A DNA stretch of 64,000 nucleotides from assembly GCA_022605425.2 (NCBI GenBank), contig CM061251.1, positions 868,001 to 932,000 of the forward strand. Direction: 5' to 3'. The notes under the pieces were generated by a model. It was not told the DNA's origin. It was given only the letters and a program-made list of their open reading frames with translations, and ran no database searches. Positions 12,520 through 23,449 of the stretch are shown here, piece after piece. The translations under genes and the position numbers were made by a program. This DNA comes from Hamiltosporidium tvaerminnensis FI-OER-3-3 (Eukaryota > Fungi > Microsporidia). Position 1 is the first letter of the stretch; every line of letters begins with the position of its first letter.

Positions 12520-13900
12520 GCAAAATATGTATCAACAAATTATATTACCGTGTCAAGTGTTCTATTCGCAAGTAACTGCTTTTGCCAGCTTCTAAATCCT
12601 TTAATAAGTTAATATCGTATTTCGATTGGATTCGTCTCTATATGTTTCTAAATCAGCCAAAATCAATTTATGTTTTAGGTCTTTAATTTCAACACTCAGG
12701 ATAAATTTGAAAATTTGAAAATTTGAAAAGACTTTATCCGGTGATGAAATTCGATTAATGGGCCTAAAACTAAAGGTGTTTAGCTTTTTTTCGTAGACTC
12801 CGAATTGGCATGTTTTTCTAATTCCCGCTGTTCAATTACAGAACAATTTTCAAGATTATAGTCTCTTATAATTAATATATCCAGATTTATGAATTTATGA
12901 AGAGATGAGTGTATAAGTCGTGTATAGTTATTTGAAGGAGATTTGTAGATAAAAACTGAAATATATTTTCAACTTTTATATAAACTCCAAATCTTGTTAT
13001 TGAATCTATTATACTGAAACGTAGTGACTTTTTTGCTAGTACAAAAATTCCTATGATTTAGAGTATCTGTTTTTAACCGCGACATACGGCCTAAAAGCTA
13101 TAATTTTATATTTTTGATGAAAGATGTCAAATCGTCCCACCAAGGTTCTGGCAATGCCAATATAGTAAAATTATTTTTTTCTAATAAGTTTTTTATGATT
13201 TCCATTTTTAGCAAGAAATTCCACCTAATTTTAAAAAACCCTATTTTATAAATCATCGGTACGATATTTGTTTGGGGCGTGAGCAACTTTTCCAGGCTAA
13301 AACTTTTAGCCAATATATTAGCATTTACAAGAAACTCTAGAAGTTCCGTCCCATCTAGTTTAGATAATTTAACTACACATTTTTTAGTTTATTATTCGTA
13401 TTTTCTTTCCTACGAATAATTTTTTTCATTCTATCTTCAAGTTTCGACACGTTTAAATCTTTTTGTTCGCTAAGTTACGAGCTGTCAATTAGCTGAGTTG
13501 CGGTAAAGCTGCAAAAAGCTCAATAATTTCATCTTTATAGTTGTCATTGCATATAAAGTCTAATGTGTGTTCATCAAAGAAATTTAAATTTATAAATTAC
13601 GTAGCAATATTCGTGTTGGCGATTTTAAGGCAAGGTTGAAACATTTTATTTTATTTCTTTTAATCTGTGAAGTATAAAAAGATATATTCTTTGATCAAAA
13701 ATGATTATTCTACTTTAATTTGGTAATACCTTATCGTAGGTAACTTTTAGTTGACTTGTTTTCAAAAGATACTCTATTTTTTGTGTGCTTAGTCTTACTC
13801 TGTCTTCAATATTCGTCTTAAATGTTGAATCAACCACTGTTTCAGTTACGTTTTATCATATACAATAAATTCCCTAATTAAATAAAATCAATTTATAAAT
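12520..13900 (-). mobile_element. LINE copy B': decayed 5' part only (ORF1 end and APE)
   Basis: ELLEFLVNANI...MIYKIGFF...LALPEPWWDD aligns with KLLECLRSANI...MIKKIGFL...IGIAETWKD of copy B. GDYN-like remnant near 12860. Confidence 0.8.
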
Positions 13901-15328
13901 ATCTTTCAGATTTCTAATTCATTTTAATAAAAGAAATTTTTTATATCGAACAGCATTGTTTAAAAATTTCCTGTCATTATGATACACAGAAACGTTGTTA
14001 TTTACCGAAATTTCAGAAAGAAGATTTAAAAATGATATAATTTGTAAGTATATAAAAACAATTTTTTATGTACTATATTGTACGATGTCTTTTAAAATAA
14101 TATATCATATTACAAAGTTATATTTTTTCTAATTATTTTAGAGTAAACAATATATCAAATATATAAATTTCCGTACAACATCTAAAATAATTATAAAAAG
14201 TCATATTTCGGCTTTCGATCCAATCAAATTCGCATAAATACATACTTTTTGTTATAATAAAGCTAAAAATCTACTTACATATTTCCTATTGATAGATTTT
14301 ATTTGCTAATTAAAATTAGGTTGAAGTTTCCTCCGAAACAACTGAAATATAAAATACAGTACTAGATAGTATATTATAGATTTTTATAGTAACATAAAAA
14401 AATTCTGTTCTATTTTCACTAATTATTTAAGTTTAATTGACTTTTTTTTTTAAAATATAAGAATTGTTCATACTATGATGTGAATTCGTACTAAATTTAA
14501 AAATTTATAAATCAAAAATATATTGTTTCGTTAAAAAGATATAGTAAAAGCTTTTAAATATTCCATATAATCTGTATAAAACAAAATTACCCAAAAAACT
14601 ACCAAAATTAACTTAAATCTAGCCGTATGAATAAATAACACAATTAAAAACATATGGAAAGATATAAAAATATTCATTATATACCGAATCTTATATGCGA
14701 ACTTCATTTACAAAAAGAGTTATTAATTTTTTAGTTAAACATACAAATTAATCTGCAAAACAAAGTTTATGGATATATAAACAACAAATCTATTAGACTA
14801 CCAACCCAAATCGAAATATTTATAACTATGGTGACATTCTTCTATTTATCTAGAGTATTAGTATGTTTATAGATTTTATTAAAGAATAATTTGAATTTAG
14901 AATTTTTTTATTATCATATGAAATGTTACAAAGAGAATTTTTAAACAAATATACCAATATCCTTTTCTCATTAAATCGAAAGCAATTGAAATTTAGAAAA
15001 AAAAAATTGTTACAAGGTTACCGTAATATCTAAGCTATGAAAGAAAATAATGATATATCAAAAAATAATTGTAAGATCAAATACTATGTAATGCAGACCG
15101 ATAAGAAATGATATAGAGGAAATGTATAGGAAACCTAATACGGCTGAATAAGAAATATATTTTTAACCTATTTCTACTCACACATCTGAAAAATATACTT
15201 CTTGAAAGAGAAAAATTAAACATATCATTCCTTTATTTATATTTCTATTATCTCTATATTATACCTCTCTTTTATTTTTTTTATTATTAGATCTAAAAGA
15301 TTTTAATTTCATTCAAATGAAATTTAAA

Positions 15329-16951
15329 AGGGTTTGGAAAAGAGAATTCTATTTAAATAGTAAACTAATTAATTTAAAAATTAAATTAATTTTACACTGG
15401 CATCACTAAAATTAACACCCCTTTACTGGTATCTAAAACCAGTCACATGTTAAAGGGTCTTACACGTCCACATCATCACCATTTCTTGTAAAATTAGTAA
15501 ATACGGCAGTATTGTCCCGTTAGGGCTCCCTGCCTCTAGTAAGCATAAATTTTTAATTTGTAAAAAATTCTTGTGTTGAAAGAATCTGGCAAAAATTCTT
15601 TATTGTAAATTTGGGTTTATTTCAACCGCAGAAAAAAAATTAATTATTTCGTCCATTTCATCGCGTTTGTGGACTGGTCTGATAATTTCTAAAAATATTC
15701 CGAAGCTCATTCGGGTTTGTATTTTAAAATTGTGCTTTTTAATTGGTAAACTCTATCAAATATAAGTAGATTTAATTTGAGATTTTCCTTTTTGAGCTTT
15801 TCATATCTGATTTTGAAATTATCATTTGTATATCTTGATTCGACTGCTATTACTATAATTTTGTAGTTGCGCATATTTTTTGATTCGAATCTAGCATAAA
15901 AGTTTCCAATTATTGTATCATTATTTGTTCTAAATCTAATTGCTGCTGCGATCGCAGTCTTTCCGCGCGTTGTGTTATAATCTCAACTGGGAACAATGCG
16001 TATAAAATCTTACTCAGGGCCTTAAAGTATATTTTGAATAGGTATTTTCATATATCTTTTTGTATTCTATCTGCCGCTTGGTTAAATGTCTTGTTACATC
16101 CGAGTAATACTGCATGATAATCAATGTGCGGTCTTACGTATGCTATATAAGCTCTCAATTTTGATTGATACAGCTTATCATTTGACGTATATATGTTTCG
16201 CAGCATAGATTTATTGGTTATTGCTGCAGCTTTGGTCATTTTCTGACGAAAAATTTTGATCGTCACATTCACATCTGCACACCGGTTATTAAAGTAATAT
16301 CCGGGGTAATTAAGAGGGTTTTTTTCGTTATAATTGTATCATGTATAATTATTTCGTGTGCTTTTGCCGCGTTATAGAAGCACTTTTTAGGGTTTAAATT
16401 GTAATTATTTTCATCGGCATGTTTTAACACACCTTTAAGAATTTCTTGTATATTTTGTAAATTGTTATTGCAGATAATTATGTCATCTGAATACATGAAA
16501 ACGCTATCGCGTAGTGTTTCAGGGACCTAATCTATAATGCCATCTATGAAGATATTAAAGAGAGCAGGGGAGATTATACTCCCTTGGGGCAATCCTAGTG
16601 ATGCCTTTTTATATGTATTAAAGTCTTTTTCTGAGCTTATTGTGTATTCGTTATTTTCAATTAACGATGCTATCAAAATGTATCATTTAACCTAAAATTT
16701 TGATTTATTATTAATTTTTAATATAGGAATTTTCTGTCTACACAGTCGTAGGCTTTCTTCGTGTCAAGCGTTACACAGGTTAGTTCACCGTTACTATGTC
16801 TTAGTAGTGTATCAATCGTTAACGCGTGGTTTAAAATTGAATATTGTGGCCCAAATTTGGCTTGTTGTTTATGAAGTTTAGGAATAAAATTCAGAAAAAT
16901 TAATTTTTCAAATAGTTTTCTTGTCTTTTCTACAAGTGATATAGGGAGAAA
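15329..16951 (-). mobile_element. LINE copy C: 5'-truncated, RT to 3' UTR
   Basis: PISLVEKTRKLFEK at the 5' break, LDTKKAYD, GLPQGSIISP, YSDD, YVRPHIDY and LFPVE. Stem-loop at 15505-15534. Confidence 0.92.
15505..15534 (-). other. Conserved 3' RNA stem-loop of the LINE/U family (best copy)
   Basis: GGCAG-GGAG-CCC-TAAC-GGG-ACAATA-CTGCC. Homologs at 6725, 8522, 17133, 18875, 30809, 33736, 39910 and 55321. Confidence 0.75.
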
Positions 16952-18625
16952 TTTAGGGGAAAATAAATTTTATTTAAATAATTTGACAAATTGAAAATTA
17001 AAACCACAAAAATATTTTTATATTCCAGAAAAACTCAATGGAGCAACACCCCCTCCTCACCTCTATTATAAGTTGACCGGGGTAGTCAACATATTACATA
17101 AAACTCCGATAATTTTAAAATTATAGAAATATGGCAGTAATGTCCCTTTCGGGATCCCTGTCGTAACTTTTCTTAATTTTTTTGAAGGTTTCTTGCAAGT
17201 TTATATTCTGGCAAATAAAAGGATATAGAAATATATAAATTTATTGAAAATGTTTCCGATTCCGTTGATTGCTTAAAAAATTTTCACATGGTTTTCAAAT
17301 AAAGTAAATTGTTATATTTTTCTTTTGTTATAAAAAATATTTAATTTTTCTCAAAGTTTCTAAAAAGGGGTTATTACGTATAGATATACTCATTTTGGTT
17401 TAAGTAATTAAACCAACTTTGGTTTTTCTTTTCTTTTCTCTCTTATTATTTTTGTTTTTAAGTTATAGAATATTTTCATATGAGTATATCTATTATTTTA
17501 TTTTATTTTTTTTTTAATTTTTTTTTTAATTTTCTTTCAAAGTTTGCTTAAACGTTTCTCACAACTCGGCCAAAAACTGTGGGTTAGTACCATCAGCGGG
17601 CAATATTTTCCACTTGAAATAAGTTTAAAATTTCTGAGATTTCTTGTTTCTTCCTAAATGGACTCAAGATTCTTGTTATTTTTTCAAAATTGGCTTTGTT
17701 GCTATTTTGAAAATTATACTTTTTTAAAAGTTCAATTTCTTGGAAAATATCAAAATTAACCCTAAGATTTTCTTTATTCAGTTTCTTGAATCTTTCTTTG
17801 GCGTCCATATTAGGTAATTTTTTTCTAAATGTTTTAATACAGTTCTTGATATTTCTGATGTTCTTAGTGAATAGTCTAAGAAAGGCAAATCTTATTATTG
17901 TCTTTTTCATTTGTAGTATTCTCTCGCCAAGACTATATCTTAGTCTTTCAACTCTCTGATGAATGATTCTATCGGAAATAGCGCATAGATAATCTTGGAA
18001 GGGGTTCGGTAGTATATATTGTACATAAATTTAATAACACCTTTTTGTATCCGGTCTGCCGCAGTGTTAAAAGTTGTATTGTATCCTAAGAGTACCGCGT
18101 GATAATATATATGTGGACAAACGTACATGTTAATGCACGTAGCTTTAGTTGTGGTAAGTTATGAAAGGAATCAAATTCGGATCTTTTAAATGCTCTGTTT
18201 ATAATAACCGCAGCCTTTATAGATTTTTTTCGTATGGTTTTTAAAGTCTCGTTTGTATCGGCACAGCGATTATTGAAATAAAACCCAAGATATTTAAGCG
18301 AGTTCTGTTTTTCAATTTTCTTTCCATATATAAATATGTTCAAATCTTTCGTTGCATTATAGAAGCATTTTTCGGGATTAAAAGTATATCTATTGAGTGC
18401 TGCATGTTTGCAAAGTCCGTCAATTATGGTATTTAGAGCCACCATGCATGTCGAGTAGATGACTATATCATCCGCGTATAGGAAAATATGATATCTGTAT
18501 TTTTTCGGAATATAAGAAATAATGTCGTTTATGAAGATATTAAACAGTATAGGAGAGATAATACTTCCCTGAGGTAAACCCAGGGCAGCCGTTTTGAATT
18601 TTATATTACCAGTACTTTTCTGACT
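16952..18625 (-). mobile_element. LINE copy D: 5'-truncated inside RT
   Basis: ORF 18086-18637 has GLPQGSIISPILFNIF, YADD and KYLGF; LFPIE lies in 17940-18128. Stem-loop at 17133-17162. Confidence 0.93.
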
Positions 18626-21600
18626 TAGGGCGAACACATTTATTTAAACAGAAATCAGCTTTTCCATAGACATATACAATATCTGATTTTGATTTGAAGT
18701 TTAAAAGGATAGAGTCAGATACACAAGAGCAAGTTAGGTTGGTAAGATAGGGATAAATAGAGAATTCGAAATATATTTAGTTCATATAGAAGAGGCCCTG
18801 TTGTGTTATAAGTTTTTAAATTCTAAAAATGCTTGCTTTATATACATTCTTATAAAAAATATTCCATCTAAATAGGCAATATTGTCCCGTTATCGAGCTC
18901 ATTACCTTAGAGATACTGTAAAACAGGTATTGACGTTGATAAGATTATATATCAACATTTTCATAAGCGAAAAATTCACTTATTAAGTAAAGTCGACTGT
19001 TTTACCAGATCGAACGAGTTAGTTGTTTACTACCATATGTATTTATGTCCCGACTTATGCACATAATCTTACATGAGCCCTTTAACAAACCATATCAGCG
19101 TAGATAGTAAGAGTAAAAGTACATTCAGCTGCGAATATCAAAGTAAGAACGAAATCGTTCCGTATTTGTGGCATGTGTTTCATTGCTTCTACATAAGTAT
19201 GGTGAAAAAGAAATATGTCAGGAAATCGGAGGATTACTACTAAGAGATAGATAATCCCATACCCATAGACAAAGTAAGAGTACCACAGTAGAAGATGCCA
19301 CAATATTAAAAATTTAACTATATTTATAGTTTTATATTTTTAATATTCAATCATCTTTCTTTATTTATTTTAAGTAGACAAATCGAAATTTTGATGTATA
19401 ATCTCTAACCAACAGACACAATCATCGAAAGTTAATTTTTTGAATTATAACTACTTGTTTCCATTAATTATAAGACTAAGTTTAAATCCTTTTGCTTTGA
19501 TATCCATCTAAAAATATATTTAGATCTCAAAGTGATATTAATATCTTGTAATTCCCACTAGTATAGGTATTTGTTCATTATGTAAAGACTTGTTCTTAGC
19601 TTTATATCTAATTGGCAAAGTAAATATTAGAAATGATTTAAATTAATTTAGCTTAAGTGAAATATATTTATTAAAGATTCATTAAATCTTTATACCAAAT
19701 TAAAATATTATGGATCGAAATTGTTTTTCGTGTGAATCCGTAATGATTCATAAGAAAGTCAAGATCAAAAAAACCAAAAAACATTAATCCAAACATTTAT
19801 AAAATGTTGTAAAATTGTATTTGAACAAGGTAGATAAATTAAAAATATTGAAATTAACAAATAATTAAATAAAAACAGATAATGAAATGTAGTTTGCATT
19901 TTGAAGTAGTATAATAAGAACAATATTATCAGTTCGAGACATATTAATGTACTATACAATTTATTTAAATTTAATTCTTTAGATAATTAGAGTAAAATAT
20001 TAAATAAGTCTAATAACAAATATAAAATAATGGAAAGCTAAGTAATATCGTTACAAATATAAAAATTATGTTTTAAATTGGTCGAATATGAGTTAATAGT
20101 AGAAAAGGAAATTTTTATATGAATATATTGAAATGAATCAAATATAAAGATTCTCTAATATAGATTTTAGGATTTAGCGAGAATAACTTACTTCTGTATA
20201 AATCTAAATAAAAGTATTTTATTTCAACAAAGTCAATAGTATCACACTTCTAAAAATTCTCTTAAAAGTATTATACATGATATTTAAATACTCTTTCAGA
20301 TTTATATCATTCTTTAAATTAGAATTGTATTCTTTATAAGCAACAAAAACAATATATTTATAATAGAAGCTATAACTGTAAATAAATTGAAGAAAGGTAA
20401 ATAGTATAAGGTTATATAGGAATCCAAAGTTATGTATGAATACCCTATATGATCAAATTTTCATTCAGTATATTGAAGGCTTTTGAAAACATGTTCTCAA
20501 AATTTAATACGGCCATATTTAGGTCAAACACAACGTATTATGGCCAAGATTAAAAAATATTATTTTAAGATACTCAGTTAAGGTTTGAATAGTTAAAATG
20601 TTCTAAATGACCATAAAAAAGCAAGCAATACCTTACACTCAAAAACTTCTAATTATAGTAAATTTTATAAGTTTATTAGACTTAACACTCAAAAATCATA
20701 GAAGAAGAGAAAATACTATATTATATATTCAATAACAACACATTTATACGAATCAATGAATTTAACTGTAAATGAATATTAAATTAGCATAAAATTAATA
20801 AATTACATCAAAGTATAGTAAAATCATAATTTATTTAGAACTAAGTATTACTTTACTAAAACAAGACAAGATTAAAGTAGCCAGAGTTGTTTTATAATTA
20901 GAAAAACTGCGCATGAGCAACAAGTATAACTTGGTAAAGGAATAACAAAAGAAATGTATAAAAATAATAGGAACAATTTAAAACAGAAAATTGGACTAAA
21001 AAAACATGAAATATGAAAAAAAGCAATTAAAAATAGAATTAAAATAAATTTTATCTTAACCGACTCTATACAAGTGAAAATTCTAAACTAAGAAAACATA
21101 AATAAAATAAATGCTTAACTAAAATTTTCCACGTAAAAGAATTAAAAGTTCGATAATTGTAAATGAAATTTGAAATGGTACAATTTTTTATGCAAAAAAG
21201 AAATATTTTATCTTAGCCGCTATAAAAAATACTAATTTCATATAGAACATAAAATATGAAATATATACTAGTTTATATTACAGAAAAGACTCTACAGATT
21301 TTATACAATATAAACTTAAGTTACAAAAAAGCAACTGAAATCTACCACTAGTGATGTAAAATAACGAGTTAACCAATATAAATAAATTTTCCTATAATAT
21401 AAAGCCAACATCATACAGTTAAACTTAAAAAATATATGATAACAACAAGTAAATTATTTTAAGTAAGTAATAAACATACAAATCAAGCGTTTAATATGTT
21501 ATAAAATTCAAACTATAAAAATTTATAGCATAATACAGAAGAAGTGACAAACGTATTAAAAAAATGTATAAAAAACCTACTAAAGTTTATATCCCAAAAA

Positions 21601-22900
21601 TATGTACTTAGTGAAAATACATAGTATTCCAAATAATATTTTTTAATGAAACATCTAAATTTTATCTTTTTTAGTAAAATTATTGTGTAATGAATTGAAT
21701 CGAACAACCAAGCACTGTTTATTTTCGTTATTAATATCACATTTTACAGCCTTAAAATTGTATACTCCTGAAACTCCGTAGAAAAATAAAATGTAATACA
21801 AATCTAAGTGAGAAAAGTATTTGGTCTAAATAAAAACCGTATAGTTTTATAAGAAATGATATGTTATTCTAGGTGAATTATAAATTGCATTGTAAACTAA
21901 AAGAAACTATGGATATTTAAATTAAAAACAATAGTTCAGTTCGATAAGATTTATTTCATTAAAAAATTAATACCACGATGAATCGTACAATACAAACCTT
22001 TCAACATCAGAATCAGTTTTTTATGATGAACTAATATAATATAAAACAAATACTACCCTAAACAAAAATAAGCGGTAAATTAAAATATCAAAACAATATT
22101 ACAAATTTATAATAACAGACTATCTCGGTTATGAAAAAACTATATTTCCGATATACCACGCCATAAGATTGATTAAAACACTTACATTCTTTTTACACAG
22201 AGGCTAGTATGGATTTTTTTAACGACATTCAGACAGTGTTAGGTTTAAAATATGTGACGGACCTCCTCCACACTATCTGTACCACTTACGATACCCATTC
22301 TAAGGCTTTCATTTATAAGGTATATAGCAACTATTATATAGAAAAGTGGTTTAATTAGCGTTTGCCCATATCTGTTACTAAATTTTGATTGTAGGTAGAA
22401 CACAGCTCGAACTTAACTTTTCGAAATTATGCAGAATTTTCACTTACTCTATTTACTCCGAAGCCAATAAATGCTAGCTTAAATATATTTTGATGACTAA
22501 CACAGACCTACTTAGACAATGCAATATCATAACAAGAGTATAACATGTTAAATCGCTTCACAGTTTTAAAATTATTTAATTTCTATCTCTTTACGGTAAG
22601 TCTTAAACCTCAGATATAGATGAATAAGTCTCTATCTTTTTACATAGCGATTAACCACAAGTTTAATTGATGTCTTCAATCTAGCCACGTAAAAAACCAC
22701 AAAATATTTTATAGAAAACTTTTCGAGTTTAGAGATCTTTTTTTTTAATAAGAACAGCCATGGAACCCTAAAAATATAGTGTAGTGTTTTACGAACTAAA
22801 AGATCAAACAATGAATTCACTCATACCCTTCATCTTTCATTTTCCAGTAAAACAAACTTAATGTGGTTACCGCTCTCCACTATGGCCTTAGCAATTAGAA
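18625..22900 (-). mobile_element. U element copy U1 (about 4.3 kb, no RT motifs found, LINE-type 3' stem-loop)
   Basis: Colinear homology with 55170-59280, 30610-33550, 33550-34210 and 39730 onward (e.g. ATTCACTTATTAAGT, TTAATACGGCCATATTTAG, ACCTTACACTCAAAAACTTC, TAGAAAAACTGC). Stem-loop at 18875-18906. The right boundary is approximate. Confidence 0.75.
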
Positions 22901-23295
22901 AAAAAATCAATTTTAACATAAACCAGTTACTTTTAAATTCAATCAAACTAATCCACCTCTCTTTTTAAATAAATTTGCACTTAATATTTTTTAAAAAGTA
23001 TGCCTCTTTATGAAATATGTTCAAATCATTTCTTCTGAATAAAATTATTTTTATATCTGAATAAATAAAAGAATACAAACTAGTATGTGATTCAGAATGA
23101 TAGCAAGATCAAACAGAGTAATATATTCTCTTTTTTTAGAGGCTGATATTTTTTGTATTCACAAATTTTCTTACATCATAAAACACTTTTTTAAATGATA
23201 AAATAGGAAAGACATACAAAAATCGAATGCTTTATTGCGATTTCAATTAGCAAAATAATTTAGAATATTTTTTTAACCTTCATCATTTTTCTGTA

Positions 23296-23449
23296 TGTAG
23301 AATTTAGCAAGATCTTAGGTATAGGGACAAATTTTCTGATGTTTTTTTTTAATCAAATTTAAAATAAAAAAAATCATAGAACTTCGGCGAAACTTAAATT
23401 CATTCTCATGAAATTTGTTCATAAACTTAAGGTCTTGCTAAATCCTACA
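23296..23449. mobile_element. MITE-like element, about 154 bp, with about 44-bp imperfect terminal inverted repeats, TG...CA ends, flanked by TA
   Basis: Left arm TGTAGAATTTAGCAAGATCTTAGGTATAGGGACAAATTTTCTGA matches the reverse complement of the right arm, TGTAGGATTTAGCAAGACCTTAAGTTTATGAACAAATTTCATGA. TA at 23294-23295 and 23450-23451. Confidence 0.75.

Noticed and set aside
15505-15534. Stem-loop as a known self-cleaving ribozyme (HDV-like, hammerhead, twister)
   Set aside because: No CUGANGA/GAAA core and no recognisable pseudoknot pairings, and it is too short as delimited. An Rfam search is needed to exclude this formally.
23307-23337. Plus-strand match to the LINE/U stem-loop (AGCAA-GA-TCTTA-GGTA-TAGGG-ACAAAT-TTTCT)
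   Set aside because: It lies inside the MITE TIR and the opposite TIR does not preserve it, so it is probably coincidental.
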